From the NCBI GenBank assembly GCA_002811645.1, contig PDIP01000043.1, positions 95,289-159,288 on the forward strand: DNA of 64,000 nt, read 5' to 3'. The notes below the pieces were generated by a model. It saw only the letters and a list, made by a program, of their open reading frames with translations. It was not told the DNA's origin and made no database searches. Positions 38,011 to 49,091 of the stretch are shown piece by piece; within the stretch, counting starts at the first letter, position 1, and each line of letters opens with the position of its first letter. The translations under genes were made by a program, and so were the position numbers. Source of the DNA: Corallochytrium limacisporum Hawaii (lineage: Eukaryota; Protista; Pluriformea).

Positions 38011-38361
38011 CTAACCTAGCCAACGGTCAGCAGGTCGGACTTTCGGTACAAGATTAATGACGAATACCAATGGTATCTCTTCTGCCAAACATTCTTGTGT
38101 GTGTGGTCCCGTGGTTAAGAGTGGAAGGGACGGGAGAGTGCGCTGTTGACGCAGTTCCGGACTCGCCTCCCCTTGTGTTGGTTGCTTTCTTTTGCCGAAG
38201 ATTCTTCTCTCATAAAGAAAGTATGGCAAGAGAGTGTCGAAACCACGAACGACAAGGTCACAGGCTTTATACGCAGCCATTCCCTGGCTGCGATCATCAT
38301 ATGCGCATTGGAGCTTCGATGATTCACTTCCCACACTCTGTTGCTGCTGTATCATGGTCAC
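38011..38361 (-). pseudogene. class A GPCR-like remnant (ECL2-TM6)
   Basis: LQCAYD...AAY...VRGFDTLLPYFLYERRIF...LAEEIPLVFVINLVP in one frame. Confidence 0.5.
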
Positions 38362-38445
38362 CTTGGGGGTACTTAAGGTGAATAGCTCCGAGTATCGAAC
38401 TCGGAATCACACCCGACATATCAACCTGATTCTAGTGTAGAGATC

Positions 38446-39189
38446 ATGGGATGTGCCTGTGGTAAGCCTCATCCGGTACCCACTTCACAAGTTACTAGTA
38501 CTCCTGCCCAGGAGCCGAAGAAAGCCACCAACGTCGACCAAGCCGAAGACAACATGCCGGCTGACGGAAAGAAGACGGCCAAGATCTTGGTCCTCTTCTA
38601 CTCCATGTATACCCACAACTTGCAAATGGCCAAGGCCGTTGCCGCTGGAATCAAGAGCACAGGAGTTGAGGTTGACATCATGCGCATTCCTGAGACTCTT
38701 CCCGACGAGGTTTTGGAGAAGATGGGAGCTCTGGATGCAAAGAAGGCTATGGCTGAGATTCCGGCCATCGAAGGCCCTGATGTGCTGACTAACTACGATG
38801 GCTTTGCCTTCGGTATCCCTACTCGTTTCGGTAACATGCCTGCTCAGTGGAAGGCCTTCCTGGACCAGACCGGTGGTCTGTGGGCCAAGGGCTCCCTATT
38901 CGGCAAGACAGCAACAATCTTTGCGTCCTCCAATACCCAACACGGAGGTCAGGAGACCACCATCATCTCGTCTCTGATTCCTCTCATGCACCACGGTCTG
39001 GTATATGTGCCTCCAGGCTATGGCCACAAGACCGCTTCTGCCTTCCCTGAGGTCTCTGGTGGAACTCCTTATGGTGCTACTACTATTGGTGGAGCAGATG
39101 GATCCCGTATGCCTTCAGAGGCTGAACTTGACCATGCCAAGTTCATCGGTGGTCACCTGGCAAAGATCACTGCCAAGCTCGTGGCCTAA
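38446..39189 (+). CDS. WrbA/Pst2-type NAD(P)H:quinone oxidoreductase (flavodoxin-like)
   Basis: KILVLFYSMY, FGIPTRFGNMPAQWKAFLDQTGGLW, TQHGGQETT and GGTPYGATT...DGSRMPS; N-terminal MGCACGK extension. Confidence 0.96.
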   Translation: MGCACGKPHPVPTSQVTSTPAQEPKKATNVDQAEDNMPADGKKTAKILVLFYSMYTHNLQMAKAVAAGIKSTGVEVDIMRIPETLPDEVLEKMGALDAKKAMAEIPAIEGPDVLTNYDGFAFGIPTRFGNMPAQWKAFLDQTGGLWAKGSLFGKTATIFASSNTQHGGQETTIISSLIPLMHHGLVYVPPGYGHKTASAFPEVSGGTPYGATTIGGADGSRMPSEAELDHAKFIGGHLAKITAKLVA

Positions 39190-39263
39190 GCCTTGTAAAT
39201 CAATCAATAGAATGTATTGAGTTTGAACACTTATTTTTATAGTGCTAGCGTTGAAATGCTTGC

Positions 39264-41018
39264 TTATCCGTTGCTGTTGGCGATGATCTCTTCTGCAAAG
39301 CCACGCACATCATCATTGCCATCTTCCTTCATGGCTTGCAGCTCCTTGTGGACGTCCGGGATGGCAAGTAGACCTCTCGACACATCAGGTGAACTCTTTG
39401 ACAGATGCAAAAGGATCCACAGCGTCATCTGCACAAGGGTCTTCTGCTTTCCCCGGAATGCCTTGATGCAAATATTGGACACCTCCTTGGAGTGCTCCCC
39501 AAAATGGGCGTGTGTCGATGGGGACTGTGCTAGGTTTCCCAAAGCAGCTGCAACATTATACTTGACCTCTATGTTCGGACTCTGCCAAAGATTAATAAGT
39601 GTGGCAAACGCTTCACCATTGAGGCACTGCATGAAGTGCTCTGCCACATGACCATCCAGAACTAGAATAGCAATGGCAGCGGTTGCCTCGGCCTGAACCG
39701 CCGGGCTGGTAATGTTCGCGGAGATCACATCGCAAAGGGCATCCAAAGCACCATTTTCAGCAAGATACCGCTTCTTATCCACTGTACTGCCAATGTTCCG
39801 AAAGATGCCCGCACAGTGACACTGAATTTCTGCGTTTTCTGAATGCAGCAATCGTGAGAGGTGGGGTACATAGCCCAAAGATATGATCAAAGCCTCGTTC
39901 TCTCCGTGGACACTAATGTTTCGCACTGCAGCCAAAGCGGCAGCAAGCACTGCTTCATTCTCGCTAGTCATGAGCTCCAGAAGGGCATCAAGACCACCAA
40001 GATTGGCGATAATTTTCTGCAGGGTATCAGATCCCGCAAGATTGCGCAGAGCAAGACATGCATGTTGCTGTAGATGCACATTCTCATTGGACACTAGTTG
40101 AATAAGAATCCGCAGGGCACGGTTATTTTCCGGATTGCTAAGGATGGTTCTTGTCGTCTCATCGATGGCCAAATTGCTGAGTGATGAGATGGCAAAGTAC
40201 CGGACATCACTGTCCGGGTACGTTAGCATTGGGCACAGGGTAGCCAATGCACCCTGTTTTACTAAGATGGCCCGACTGGATTCCAGGTGTGTTAGGTTCA
40301 ACATCGCCCCCGCGGCATTGCGAACTACACGAACGGACGATGAGTGGTACAGACCGAGAAGGATCGGTACCGCACCACTCTTACTAATGACCTCCTTTGT
40401 GTATTCCGTCGTCGCCAAATTCGCAAGACATCCGCACGCATTGCTCTGGACCACCGGGTCATCGCTGCCCAACAGCTTCAACAGTGGTTTCATCACTCCC
40501 AATCGAACAAGTTTTTCTTTGTTTTCATTGCGACTTGCCAGGGTGCCGAGAAAACCGCTCATACTTCGCAATATTTCGACGTCCTCTGCCGAAGCCAACC
40601 TATCGATCTGTTCGACCAGATTCCTGTCCGCAACGCAGTCTGAGTTCTGCATGGAGGCATAGGCTGCCGCGACCTCACGCTGGACATGTTCATTCGTTGA
40701 ATAACAAGAGGCACTCAGCAGCTCTCGGTCCCTTGCGCTCATTTCATCCCCGGCTTCAATTCGTGTCCGCAGCCGCCTTATCGTATCCAAGTCGTCCAAG
40801 TAGGCCGGCTGCTCCTGATCATAAAGGTCGCCTATTCTATCATTTCCATTGCCAGGTCCAGGTTCTTCAAACATCGGGATCTGTTCATACATTGCACGGG
40901 CTGTGCGCGAAACTACACTGAAGTCCCAACCATGGCCTTCAAGATAAACCTTCAGCTTTGCGCCGCCAGCGATAGCCTTTTCGACGACTACCGTGGCGAA
41001 GTGAAAGCATGCTTCCAT
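39264..41018 (-). CDS. Vac8-like armadillo-repeat protein
   Basis: ARM repeats with Vac8-type motifs VQSNACGCLANLAT, RNAAGAMLNLTH, ACLALRNLA, AAVRNISVH and VKYNVAAALGNL; start uncertain. Confidence 0.85.
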   Translation of the reverse strand: MEACFHFATVVVEKAIAGGAKLKVYLEGHGWDFSVVSRTARAMYEQIPMFEEPGPGNGNDRIGDLYDQEQPAYLDDLDTIRRLRTRIEAGDEMSARDRELLSASCYSTNEHVQREVAAAYASMQNSDCVADRNLVEQIDRLASAEDVEILRSMSGFLGTLASRNENKEKLVRLGVMKPLLKLLGSDDPVVQSNACGCLANLATTEYTKEVISKSGAVPILLGLYHSSSVRVVRNAAGAMLNLTHLESSRAILVKQGALATLCPMLTYPDSDVRYFAISSLSNLAIDETTRTILSNPENNRALRILIQLVSNENVHLQQHACLALRNLAGSDTLQKIIANLGGLDALLELMTSENEAVLAAALAAVRNISVHGENEALIISLGYVPHLSRLLHSENAEIQCHCAGIFRNIGSTVDKKRYLAENGALDALCDVISANITSPAVQAEATAAIAILVLDGHVAEHFMQCLNGEAFATLINLWQSPNIEVKYNVAAALGNLAQSPSTHAHFGEHSKEVSNICIKAFRGKQKTLVQMTLWILLHLSKSSPDVSRGLLAIPDVHKELQAMKEDGNDDVRGFAEEIIANSNG

Positions 41019-41399
41019 AGCTATCAATCCGATAAATTAAGCTCGGCTACATGATAATTTACAATAGATATCAGGACAAACTAGTGTACACTAGATCCTT
41101 TCGTGTTCCCGATTCACAGTGATCTTAGTATGCTATCGCGGTCGAATGCTAACCAGTCTGGATAATTGCCAACGACGTTTCAAGGCAAGAAATACCAAAG
41201 TTATCCACTGGTTTCGTTATCTATCTGATCGTCGTTCTTAACACCTTCCATTAGTTCACTTGATGTTCAATTTGCCGTGCCGAATTTAATTTGTGAAATA
41301 GTGACACCGAGAACAGGTTCACTAGCGATTTGTGCATTGCCTACCATCCAGTTTGGCACGTCATTCCTAGCGCACCCGCCAAGAGCGGTTGGGAGGGAG

Positions 41400-41680
41400 G
41401 GGGCAGGCTATTGGCCCGGCGTTCAATTTGCTTGCGACGATGGAGAGTATGGAAATCACCGAGTTTGATAGGTGCTTTTCACTTTCGAACGGTAACTCCC
41501 ATACTGAATGGACTAGAACATTCTCGATGTATGGGAAGTCTGTTTCTGTGTCGTGTATTTCTCTCCCAACGCTGGTGCCCAGCTACTTTTTGCATCTTTA
41601 TCCTATACTCACATATGGAAGTCTCCGCTGCTCTCCGTCACCACCCACAACTGCTGGGGTACCGGATTGGGTCTGCAGAA
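41400..41680 (+). pseudogene. class A GPCR-like remnant (TM3-ICL2)
   Basis: GSLFLCRVF...ATFCIFIL...AALRHHPQLLGY. Confidence 0.4.
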
Positions 41681-42452
41681 TTTGACCCACTGCTCAAGAC
41701 CCCCCTTCACGGACCGCACCCGCCGGGCCCCAAGGCCAAAGAGCGGAGGGGGCGGCGGGTGTCCGGGGGAAAGATCACCCCCTCCTTCGCGATACAGATT
41801 TTGATTGCTTCAATCCCAGGTTTTGGTATAGCCAATGCTTGGTCACGATATCATGAATGCTGATTTGCATTTCTTGCATACAATAGATAGGAGAGGAAAA
41901 ATCTATGGGTTTGATTTCCATATATCTCGCCAATTGCCGTAGTGAAGGTATGGGGGCCTCTGCGAGAGTAAGCGGCCTCTTGCAAGAACACGGGGGAGGG
42001 GGGTCTCGCTGCCACCCCACCTGGGCACGAGAGGCAGGGAGCCCCAAACCTAACCCTAGTCCCCACCTGAGACAGTGAGCCCCGGGGAGCGGGGGGAAGG
42101 GAATAGGGCGGTCACAGAGGGCAAGGCACCGAGGTAGTGGACCATTGGCTCTTTCGCTCTTTCGCTGTTGGCAGTACACAGTGCAGCCACCCCCCCCAGG
42201 GGAGGGAGGGAGCACTGGGAGAAGGAGGACAGGTGGTGCAGGACCTTGGAGGAGCTGGTACAAGAGCGGTGGAGCGTGATCCACAGCTCTCGTGGAGCAA
42301 TTGCAAAGTCGTAGTAGAAGTAGTAGGATTGGAGATAGCAAATGTCTATGGCTTGTGAAGTGGGCCTCATTGAATAATACAAATAGGGAAGGTCAATTCA
42401 ATGACCCGTTGAAGTTTAATGCACACAATTGGCGCAATATTGTCACACACAG

Positions 42453-42803
42453 ATGGCCACCAAGGTAGTCACATGGGCACAACGCCTCGCACGGATCCAG
42501 CCAGAAATTGATATTGTTCGCAGAAGAATCTGGGGACAACTAGAATTCCCTGTGCAGGAAGGACAGCTGGACCATGGCAAACTGTTCCGTCAACCTTTGA
42601 AGGGGCCGGAGCAGGTCGCCTACTATCCGCAGCATGGTCCGGTCGCACGGTCGTCGCGTCTGATGGCACGATTTGCTCGCACTCACGGGCATTTCAACGA
42701 CGCTGAGGACCAAATTCGTACCGAAATCAAGGAAGAACGTGTGCGCCGTAAGGGTCATGCACCAAAGAAGGGTGAAGGTAAACGATCGAAAAAGAAACGA
42801 TAA
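42453..42803 (+). CDS. MRPS33: mitochondrial ribosomal protein mS33 (Rsm27)
   Basis: RRIWG...KLFRQPLKGPEQVAYYP and C-terminal RKGHAPKKGEGKRS. Confidence 0.85.
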   Translation: MATKVVTWAQRLARIQPEIDIVRRRIWGQLEFPVQEGQLDHGKLFRQPLKGPEQVAYYPQHGPVARSSRLMARFARTHGHFNDAEDQIRTEIKEERVRRKGHAPKKGEGKRSKKKR

Positions 42804-42897
42804 TTCAAAAGTAATGATAGATAGCATAGTTTTCAAGATCTGCAGTTGTAGTTTCACTTACAAATCATATCAGTTGTGCACTCATGATTTGCCACTT

Positions 42898-45795
42898 TCA
42901 TAAGTCTGGAAGTTGCCAAAGGTCCATTGCGCCGTCACTGCGACTGCCGCCACGTCTGCGGTTGTCTCTTGCGGCAGGTAGCTGCTGTAGGTTATTGGGT
43001 CGGCGAAAGAGGCCTGGCGAAGAAGGGTTGCTTGAAGCACTGGATGGTTGCAGCAGGTGATACTGCTGCTGATGACGTGCAGCTGGTTTCCGCAAGCGAA
43101 GCTTCGGTGCTTGGGTTGTGCCCCGCATCATACGCTTGTAACTGGTGCCGGAAGTTTGCAGTTCGTCATCTCCAATATTACCTGTGTTCATTTCAGCTCC
43201 AAAGTCAACAATGTTCAGGTTGGCCCCGGAACGGTCAATCTTGACTGTATGCTCTGTGTGCTTTGTCTGGCTCACAAAGGCCACCCGTGGCTCTTCTGAG
43301 CTGGAGATGGCATTGTTGCGGCGCAGGAGTGCAGCTCGATTCATAGCTGGTCCAATGCGCCGTTGCCTTATCTCTGTGTCTGAGTGCATGAGCACAGTGC
43401 GATTTGTGTGCTGATCAGGCCGACCAGGTGGTCCAATGTGGACAGGAACAGGCTGACTGGTTTCCTTGGAGCGCTTCAGCAATGCGTTGCGTTCCTTCTT
43501 GGTCTTCAGAGCTTTTTTCTTCTTGATCAATAGAATCATGGCAAAATCCTCGGATGCAGATGGTGATGAATCGGATCCGGTTGTGCCAGATTCCAAAGCA
43601 TCGAAGTCCATATCGTCAATGTCCATGCTCTCAAGATCACCGCCGGACAAGAAGGCAGAAAATCGGCTCAAATCGTCCTCGCCAGCACCCCCGCTTGAGG
43701 ATGCCTTACTTTTGCCTTTGCGCCGCTTTACGCCCTTAACATAACTCTTAGATCGTTTGCGTATCTTGCCGGTACCGGCCTGCACGATTTGGGCCTCCCG
43801 CGCCTCCTGCTGGAATCTTAGTCTGGCCAGTACACTCTCACGTAGAGTCATGGTAATGTTCGACATCATCATCTGCAGCTTTTCCGGATCATTCATGATC
43901 TTCCCATACTCGATGCATGCATTTCCAACACCAAGACCCATTTCCGCAAACGCATCAGGATTGTACTGCTTCTTGAAATACTTTCCCCGAGTGCCACCAC
44001 AAAAAGTAGCTTCCATGGTAATGGAGTTCATGATGCCATACTCTCTACGTGACACGATGCGAGCTGTACCACTCTTTGAGGCTTCCATGCCATACTTGGA
44101 AGAGGGAACACTGAACAAATCGGGACAAAGTTCTGAAAATAAGTTCGGGAAGATGCGTTCGTGGAAGCGAAGACTGGCATCTTCCTTGTTGTGACATCCG
44201 TACACGAAGATGTCAAATTTGCGACTGTGTCCATGAAAGTCGCAGAGCAGTGTTATTGGTCTCTGCTGGGAGAGGCGTGCAATAGCCTCCTTCATGCCAA
44301 TGACCTCAGGGCAGTTCTTGGCTGGCGATTTCCATACCCGATTAAGATCCTTACCCGACAAGGAACATCTATAGTTGCCAGAAATAACCCCATCGGGATT
44401 CAACATAGGGCAAATCTTAATGACGTAACGTCTACGGAGCTCCTGGGCTTCAGGTTTGTCCGAGAGGCAAAAGTCCATGAAGCCGTGTAACATCCAGGAT
44501 CCATTGGTTTCACCGGGATGCGTCCGAGCCATGGCAACAATGGCAGGCCTTCCTTCCAGGTCTTGTGGATTGTTCGTGGGCTCGGTGATGGTCAAAATTT
44601 CCACAGCATTGCCTGCAAAGGACTCGGTGAGAAGCTTCCTCGTACACATTGCAGCCACAGCAGGATGGTTCATCTTCTGATTCAAATACTTTCGCAACAT
44701 GGTGTACGTGTACGGAGGACAGTGGCAAAAGTAGACCTCGTCGTCTTCGTATTCGGACCGCCACTTGAACGTGAGGGTGTACTCACTTCGGCTTAATTCG
44801 CTGCTTCTAGATGTCGAACTCTTGTAATATGCAATACCCTCTCCACTGCGATGCCATCCAATGCCAGTTTCCGCGAACTTCCGCTGGCTGAATATGCATG
44901 GTTGCAGGCCATTGTTGTAGAGCGAACCGCTCTTCAGGAAGTTAATGATGTTGAACTTGTAGGCTTGGTCTGCTCTTGTGTTTCGGACCCGGAAGAAGTA
45001 CCACTGCATATGCCGTGGGGTGTAGAGATCGGGACGAAGTTCGAGATTGTACTCGTTTGGTCCCATCAACGACGCAGTCAGGAGATTCCCACTTTCAAAT
45101 CGACTCTCAAAAATGAGAACATTCTTGGCAACGACCGGATCGTGCACCCGGTCTTGGATGTCCTCTATGCAGTCAGGTTCCACGAGAGGAACTTCATTCG
45201 CACTATGTGTCCCCTCCAGATTGTTTCTCCATGTGTTTCTGACACCTTCAATGGTACCAGGACCTGAACCATCATAAACGAGGGTACCGGTTCTTCGCTC
45301 TGCAAGGATCCGAACCTCGAGCTTTCGGTCATCATCCGTACGTGTGTAGAAATCGCACAACGGGGCCGACCTGAGAATCATATCGATATCACTGGCCACC
45401 GCCTCTGGCAGCTGCTCGGAAATGAAAGCCATATCATTCGGCAGACGCACGGTATCGAAGTCTCCATTTGAGCTAGTCAGTTCCACCTGCTTCAGAGGCT
45501 TCAACGAGCTGACTGGCCCTTCCTTCGGGAGCTGCGTTGTCATCCCACGATAGCGTCCTAAATAACTTGCGTCCCTAATCGGGGAGCCTTCCCTCGCGTC
45601 GCATTCTTCACTGCTCCGACCATCATCACTCGCGTCAATGTCTACTGCCCGCAGTAGCTCTTCCGCCGTAAACCCGCTGTCGTGTGTCAGCAGCGTATTC
45701 AGAGGTATTCCAAAGCATGAGGCGGCTTCTTGTAGGGCGCGCTGCAAGTCACCCATGTCCATGGGCTCGCCGCTTCCACCACTCGAAACATTCAT
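42898..45795 (-). CDS. cytosolic carboxypeptidase (M14D, CCP2/3-like tubulin deglutamylase)
   Basis: FESRFESGNL, QWYFF, PYTY, zinc ligands in ARTHPGE and DFHGHS, NPDG, GNYRCSLSGKDLNR and TMEATFCG. Confidence 0.94.
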   Translation of the reverse strand: MNVSSGGSGEPMDMGDLQRALQEAASCFGIPLNTLLTHDSGFTAEELLRAVDIDASDDGRSSEECDAREGSPIRDASYLGRYRGMTTQLPKEGPVSSLKPLKQVELTSSNGDFDTVRLPNDMAFISEQLPEAVASDIDMILRSAPLCDFYTRTDDDRKLEVRILAERRTGTLVYDGSGPGTIEGVRNTWRNNLEGTHSANEVPLVEPDCIEDIQDRVHDPVVAKNVLIFESRFESGNLLTASLMGPNEYNLELRPDLYTPRHMQWYFFRVRNTRADQAYKFNIINFLKSGSLYNNGLQPCIFSQRKFAETGIGWHRSGEGIAYYKSSTSRSSELSRSEYTLTFKWRSEYEDDEVYFCHCPPYTYTMLRKYLNQKMNHPAVAAMCTRKLLTESFAGNAVEILTITEPTNNPQDLEGRPAIVAMARTHPGETNGSWMLHGFMDFCLSDKPEAQELRRRYVIKICPMLNPDGVISGNYRCSLSGKDLNRVWKSPAKNCPEVIGMKEAIARLSQQRPITLLCDFHGHSRKFDIFVYGCHNKEDASLRFHERIFPNLFSELCPDLFSVPSSKYGMEASKSGTARIVSRREYGIMNSITMEATFCGGTRGKYFKKQYNPDAFAEMGLGVGNACIEYGKIMNDPEKLQMMMSNITMTLRESVLARLRFQQEAREAQIVQAGTGKIRKRSKSYVKGVKRRKGKSKASSSGGAGEDDLSRFSAFLSGGDLESMDIDDMDFDALESGTTGSDSSPSASEDFAMILLIKKKKALKTKKERNALLKRSKETSQPVPVHIGPPGRPDQHTNRTVLMHSDTEIRQRRIGPAMNRAALLRRNNAISSSEEPRVAFVSQTKHTEHTVKIDRSGANLNIVDFGAEMNTGNIGDDELQTSGTSYKRMMRGTTQAPKLRLRKPAARHQQQYHLLQPSSASSNPSSPGLFRRPNNLQQLPAARDNRRRGGSRSDGAMDLWQLPDL

Positions 45796-45959
45796 ATTTG
45801 TCCGTTAGAGGCCAATCGGCCCCATGTGGTCCATAGCTACCGCATTGTAGGTATTCAGACGACCAAAGCCGCCATGAGCTCAATTGACTTCTCAGATTTC
45901 TATAACTCCGTCAGCTCAGGTCCAGACATAGCCAAGTACAAATTCCACTGAAATGCCCT

Positions 45960-46170
45960 TTCAAGTTCCTTCTTGTCCGCATCAGCTTACTGCTGGGCCA
46001 CCTGCCACCTTCCGCTTCCCTGCATTTGCTCAAGTCAGACCTAGACCAGGAGAATTGGGACAGAGGAAGTGAAAGCCACTGGAAGCCTGAAGCCGTCCTG
46101 CAGTCCTCAGCCCCGCAAAAGTATACGGATGCCATTCTGCGTACGACGATTGTGCAGGCTAGCTTTGGCT
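45960..46170 (-). pseudogene. class A GPCR-like remnant (TM3-ECL2)
   Basis: LAC...MASVYFCGAEDCR...WLSLP...KC...WPSS in one frame. Confidence 0.4.
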
Positions 46171-46839
46171 CCACCCGCCGTTGACCCTCTCCTCTGGCAA
46201 CCAAAATGAAACCCCAACCCTAAGGGTTAGAATAATTTAAAGTATTCAGTATATTATAAAACTTTAACACATTTTCATAGATGTCTGTGCACTGTTTGCC
46301 CGGCGGTCCCGCCCCCTGGGGGGAAACCGTCCCCTTCTTCCGTGGCCTTGCTCGGCCTTATTATATCCATTAGGGAGGTATTTTACATACGGATATTTTT
46401 ATATTCTCTGACTGGCTGCATAAATAACACTGTCGAATTGCCCAAAGACAAAATGGGGCCGAGAGAGGGGGGGGTTGTCGCCAACTGCCAGCTCCGCCCT
46501 CCGCGATGGATGCGCTGCAACGGGAGTCGCGACACCAACCCAACAAAGAAACATAACAGAAACACGATTGAAAGCGTATGAAAAACCATACAGAAAGTAC
46601 GGTATCGGCGGGTAAACAAAAACCACACACCAGGCACAGTAGCGAAAACCCCTTCCGCTTTGCCAGGGGCCAAGGATTTTCCCGTTGTGTTTCACTACAC
46701 CAAGGGTTTGCAAAGGTGAGGTCGGGCGGATCTCCTCCTAAGTACCGGCATAATGCACAATGGGTGTCAATCCTGTGGCCCCGGTTTGGACCGGAACGAA
46801 CGGCGATGTGCTCTGCACCGCTGTTTATCGGGTCTGGAC

Positions 46840-47030
46840 TCACGACAAAGCACACCATATATGTCGGTATCCCCATTGCCCATCCCCGCGAGGCCAGTCA
46901 TAACTTCCTTTTTGGCGGAGCGCGATGGAGGGACCATGTTGTGTGTCAAATCCCCAACTTTCTTACGCTTACACTTCTCTTGCTCATGCGCTTGGCCCTG
47001 GATTTCCCTCACTGTGGATCCCATATGTGG
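46840..47030 (+). pseudogene. class A GPCR-like remnant (TM2-TM3)
   Basis: YVGIP...RWRDHVVCQIPNFLTLT. Confidence 0.35.
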
Positions 47031-47585
47031 ACCAGAGGAGTAGCTGCACATTGCCGACAACGGGCAAACTATCCCATCCCACACACACACACACACACAC
47101 CCCTTTCTCGAGGGAGCTGTGTTGTGTGGGAAGGACTTTTTGAACTGTTTTCCGTAGCGGGAGGGTGTGGGGGGAGGTGAAAACAGTGAGTAAAAAAAAA
47201 CCGGATAAACCCTTGTGTTCACCGCCGCTCTCTATAAATACATACATACACACCCTGTTCACCTGAAGCTGGGTGCGTCGGGACTCCCGTGTGTGTGGGG
47301 AAGTGAGAGCGCAGGGGAGGTGCAGAAAAAGGCAACTGCGTTTGGCGTGCTGGGTGGTTGGTTGGTGTGCGCCATGAAGAGAAGAAAGATAGCTCATTGG
47401 GCGCGAATGAGGGAGCAATGTGTATTCGCTATACATAAGTGTTGCCTCCTTCGTAAACCACTGTTGTGTGCAGGTGCAAGTGACAAGTAATCTTTCAATA
47501 CAGGACAAGTAAGAATGTTCCCATATGGCAAGACGACCTGGGAGTTGTTTTGTTAGCACCATAAGGTTACTGTAAGGAAAAAATC

Positions 47586-48935
47586 ATGGCACTGCGCTCG
47601 TTGTCCGCGCTGGCCGGTGGCCTGCGTACTGCACGTGCCCTGCAGGTGAATTATGTCACTCCTGCGATGGGTGTGGGGTCTTACCAGCAGAGCCGCAAGC
47701 TCTCCATCCATGAGCATCTGAGTATGGGTCTGCTCAAGAAGTTTGGCGTAAACGTGCCCCGAGGCCGTGTGGCACGCACTGCCATGGAGGCTGAGCAGGT
47801 TGCTACCGAACTCAACACCGAGGATATGGTTATCAAGGCGCAGGTTCTGGCTGGTGGCCGCGGTAAGGGTACCTTCGAGAGCGGTCTCAAGGGAGGTGTC
47901 CGCGTCATCTTCAGCGCTGCCGAGGCTCGCATGTACGCCGAGAAGATGCTCGGTCAGAAGCTCTTCACCAAGCAGACTGGTGCACAGGGTCGTATCTGCA
48001 ACGAAGTCTACATTTGTGAGCGTCTGTATGTCCGTCGTGAGTACTACTTTGCTCTCCTCATGGACCGGGTGACCAACGGGCCCGTGGTCGTTGCGTCCGC
48101 CCAGGGTGGTGTTGACATTGAGTCTGTTGCTGCAGAGAACCCCGAGGCCATTATCACCGAGCCTATTGACCTGAAAACCGGTATGACTGAGGACCAGGCT
48201 CGCGGAGTTGCCGAGAGGATGGGTTTCACTCCGGCTTCCATCTCCAGCGCTGCCCGCAACATCATGTCCCTGTACGACCTGTTCATCAAGCACGACGCCA
48301 CCATGGTTGAGATTAACCCCATGGCCGAGGACAATGCCGGTGAAGTCTACTGCATGGACGCCAAGATTAGCTTCGATGACAATGCTGAGTTCCGCCAGAA
48401 AGACATCTTTGCTCTTCGTGACACTACCCAGGACGATCCCCGTGAGGTCGCTGCATCCGAGTACAATCTGAACTACATTGGTCTGGACGGTAACATTGGA
48501 TGCCTGGTAAACGGTGCCGGTCTTGCCATGGCCACTATGGATATCATCAAGTTGAATGGTGGCGACCCCGCCAACTTCCTCGATGTCGGTGGTGGCGCGA
48601 CTGCTGACCAGGTCACTGAGGCCTTCAAGATTATTAGCTCTGACCCTAAGGTCAGCGCCATCCTTGTCAATATCTTTGGTGGAATTATGCGCTGTGACGT
48701 CATTGCCCAGGGTATCATTGCTGCTGCAGGCAAGCTGGACCTGACCATCCCTCTGGTCGTCCGTCTGCAGGGAACCAAGGTCAACGAGGCCAAGAAGCTG
48801 ATCGAGGAATCCGGTTTGCGCATCTTTGCAATGGATGATCTTGACGAGGCAGCCGCGAAGGCCGTACAGCTGTCCAAGATTGTTCAATTGGCCCAGCAAG
48901 CCGATGTCTCTGTCAAGTTTGAGCTGCCCCTGTGA
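47586..48935 (+). CDS. SUCLA2: succinyl-CoA ligase beta subunit, mitochondrial
   Basis: [54 protein letters not shown] and VRLQGT. Confidence 0.97.
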   Translation: MALRSLSALAGGLRTARALQVNYVTPAMGVGSYQQSRKLSIHEHLSMGLLKKFGVNVPRGRVARTAMEAEQVATELNTEDMVIKAQVLAGGRGKGTFESGLKGGVRVIFSAAEARMYAEKMLGQKLFTKQTGAQGRICNEVYICERLYVRREYYFALLMDRVTNGPVVVASAQGGVDIESVAAENPEAIITEPIDLKTGMTEDQARGVAERMGFTPASISSAARNIMSLYDLFIKHDATMVEINPMAEDNAGEVYCMDAKISFDDNAEFRQKDIFALRDTTQDDPREVAASEYNLNYIGLDGNIGCLVNGAGLAMATMDIIKLNGGDPANFLDVGGGATADQVTEAFKIISSDPKVSAILVNIFGGIMRCDVIAQGIIAAAGKLDLTIPLVVRLQGTKVNEAKKLIEESGLRIFAMDDLDEAAAKAVQLSKIVQLAQQADVSVKFELPL

Positions 48936-49091
48936 CTAGATAGTTCATCTCGTCCTAGCAAAGAGTCGACAGACAAAACAACAAATGGAAAAGACAAAAA
49001 CTAGCCTAACATTAAACATGACAATTCATAGTTTGTGATGAACTATTTTGTGTAGAGTTTATGTTCTTATGCGTATACTGCCGGGGCAGCT

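Noticed and set aside
47553-48899. 448-aa ORF antisense to succinyl-CoA ligase beta
   Set aside because: Same codon-bias shadow effect as for ASS1.
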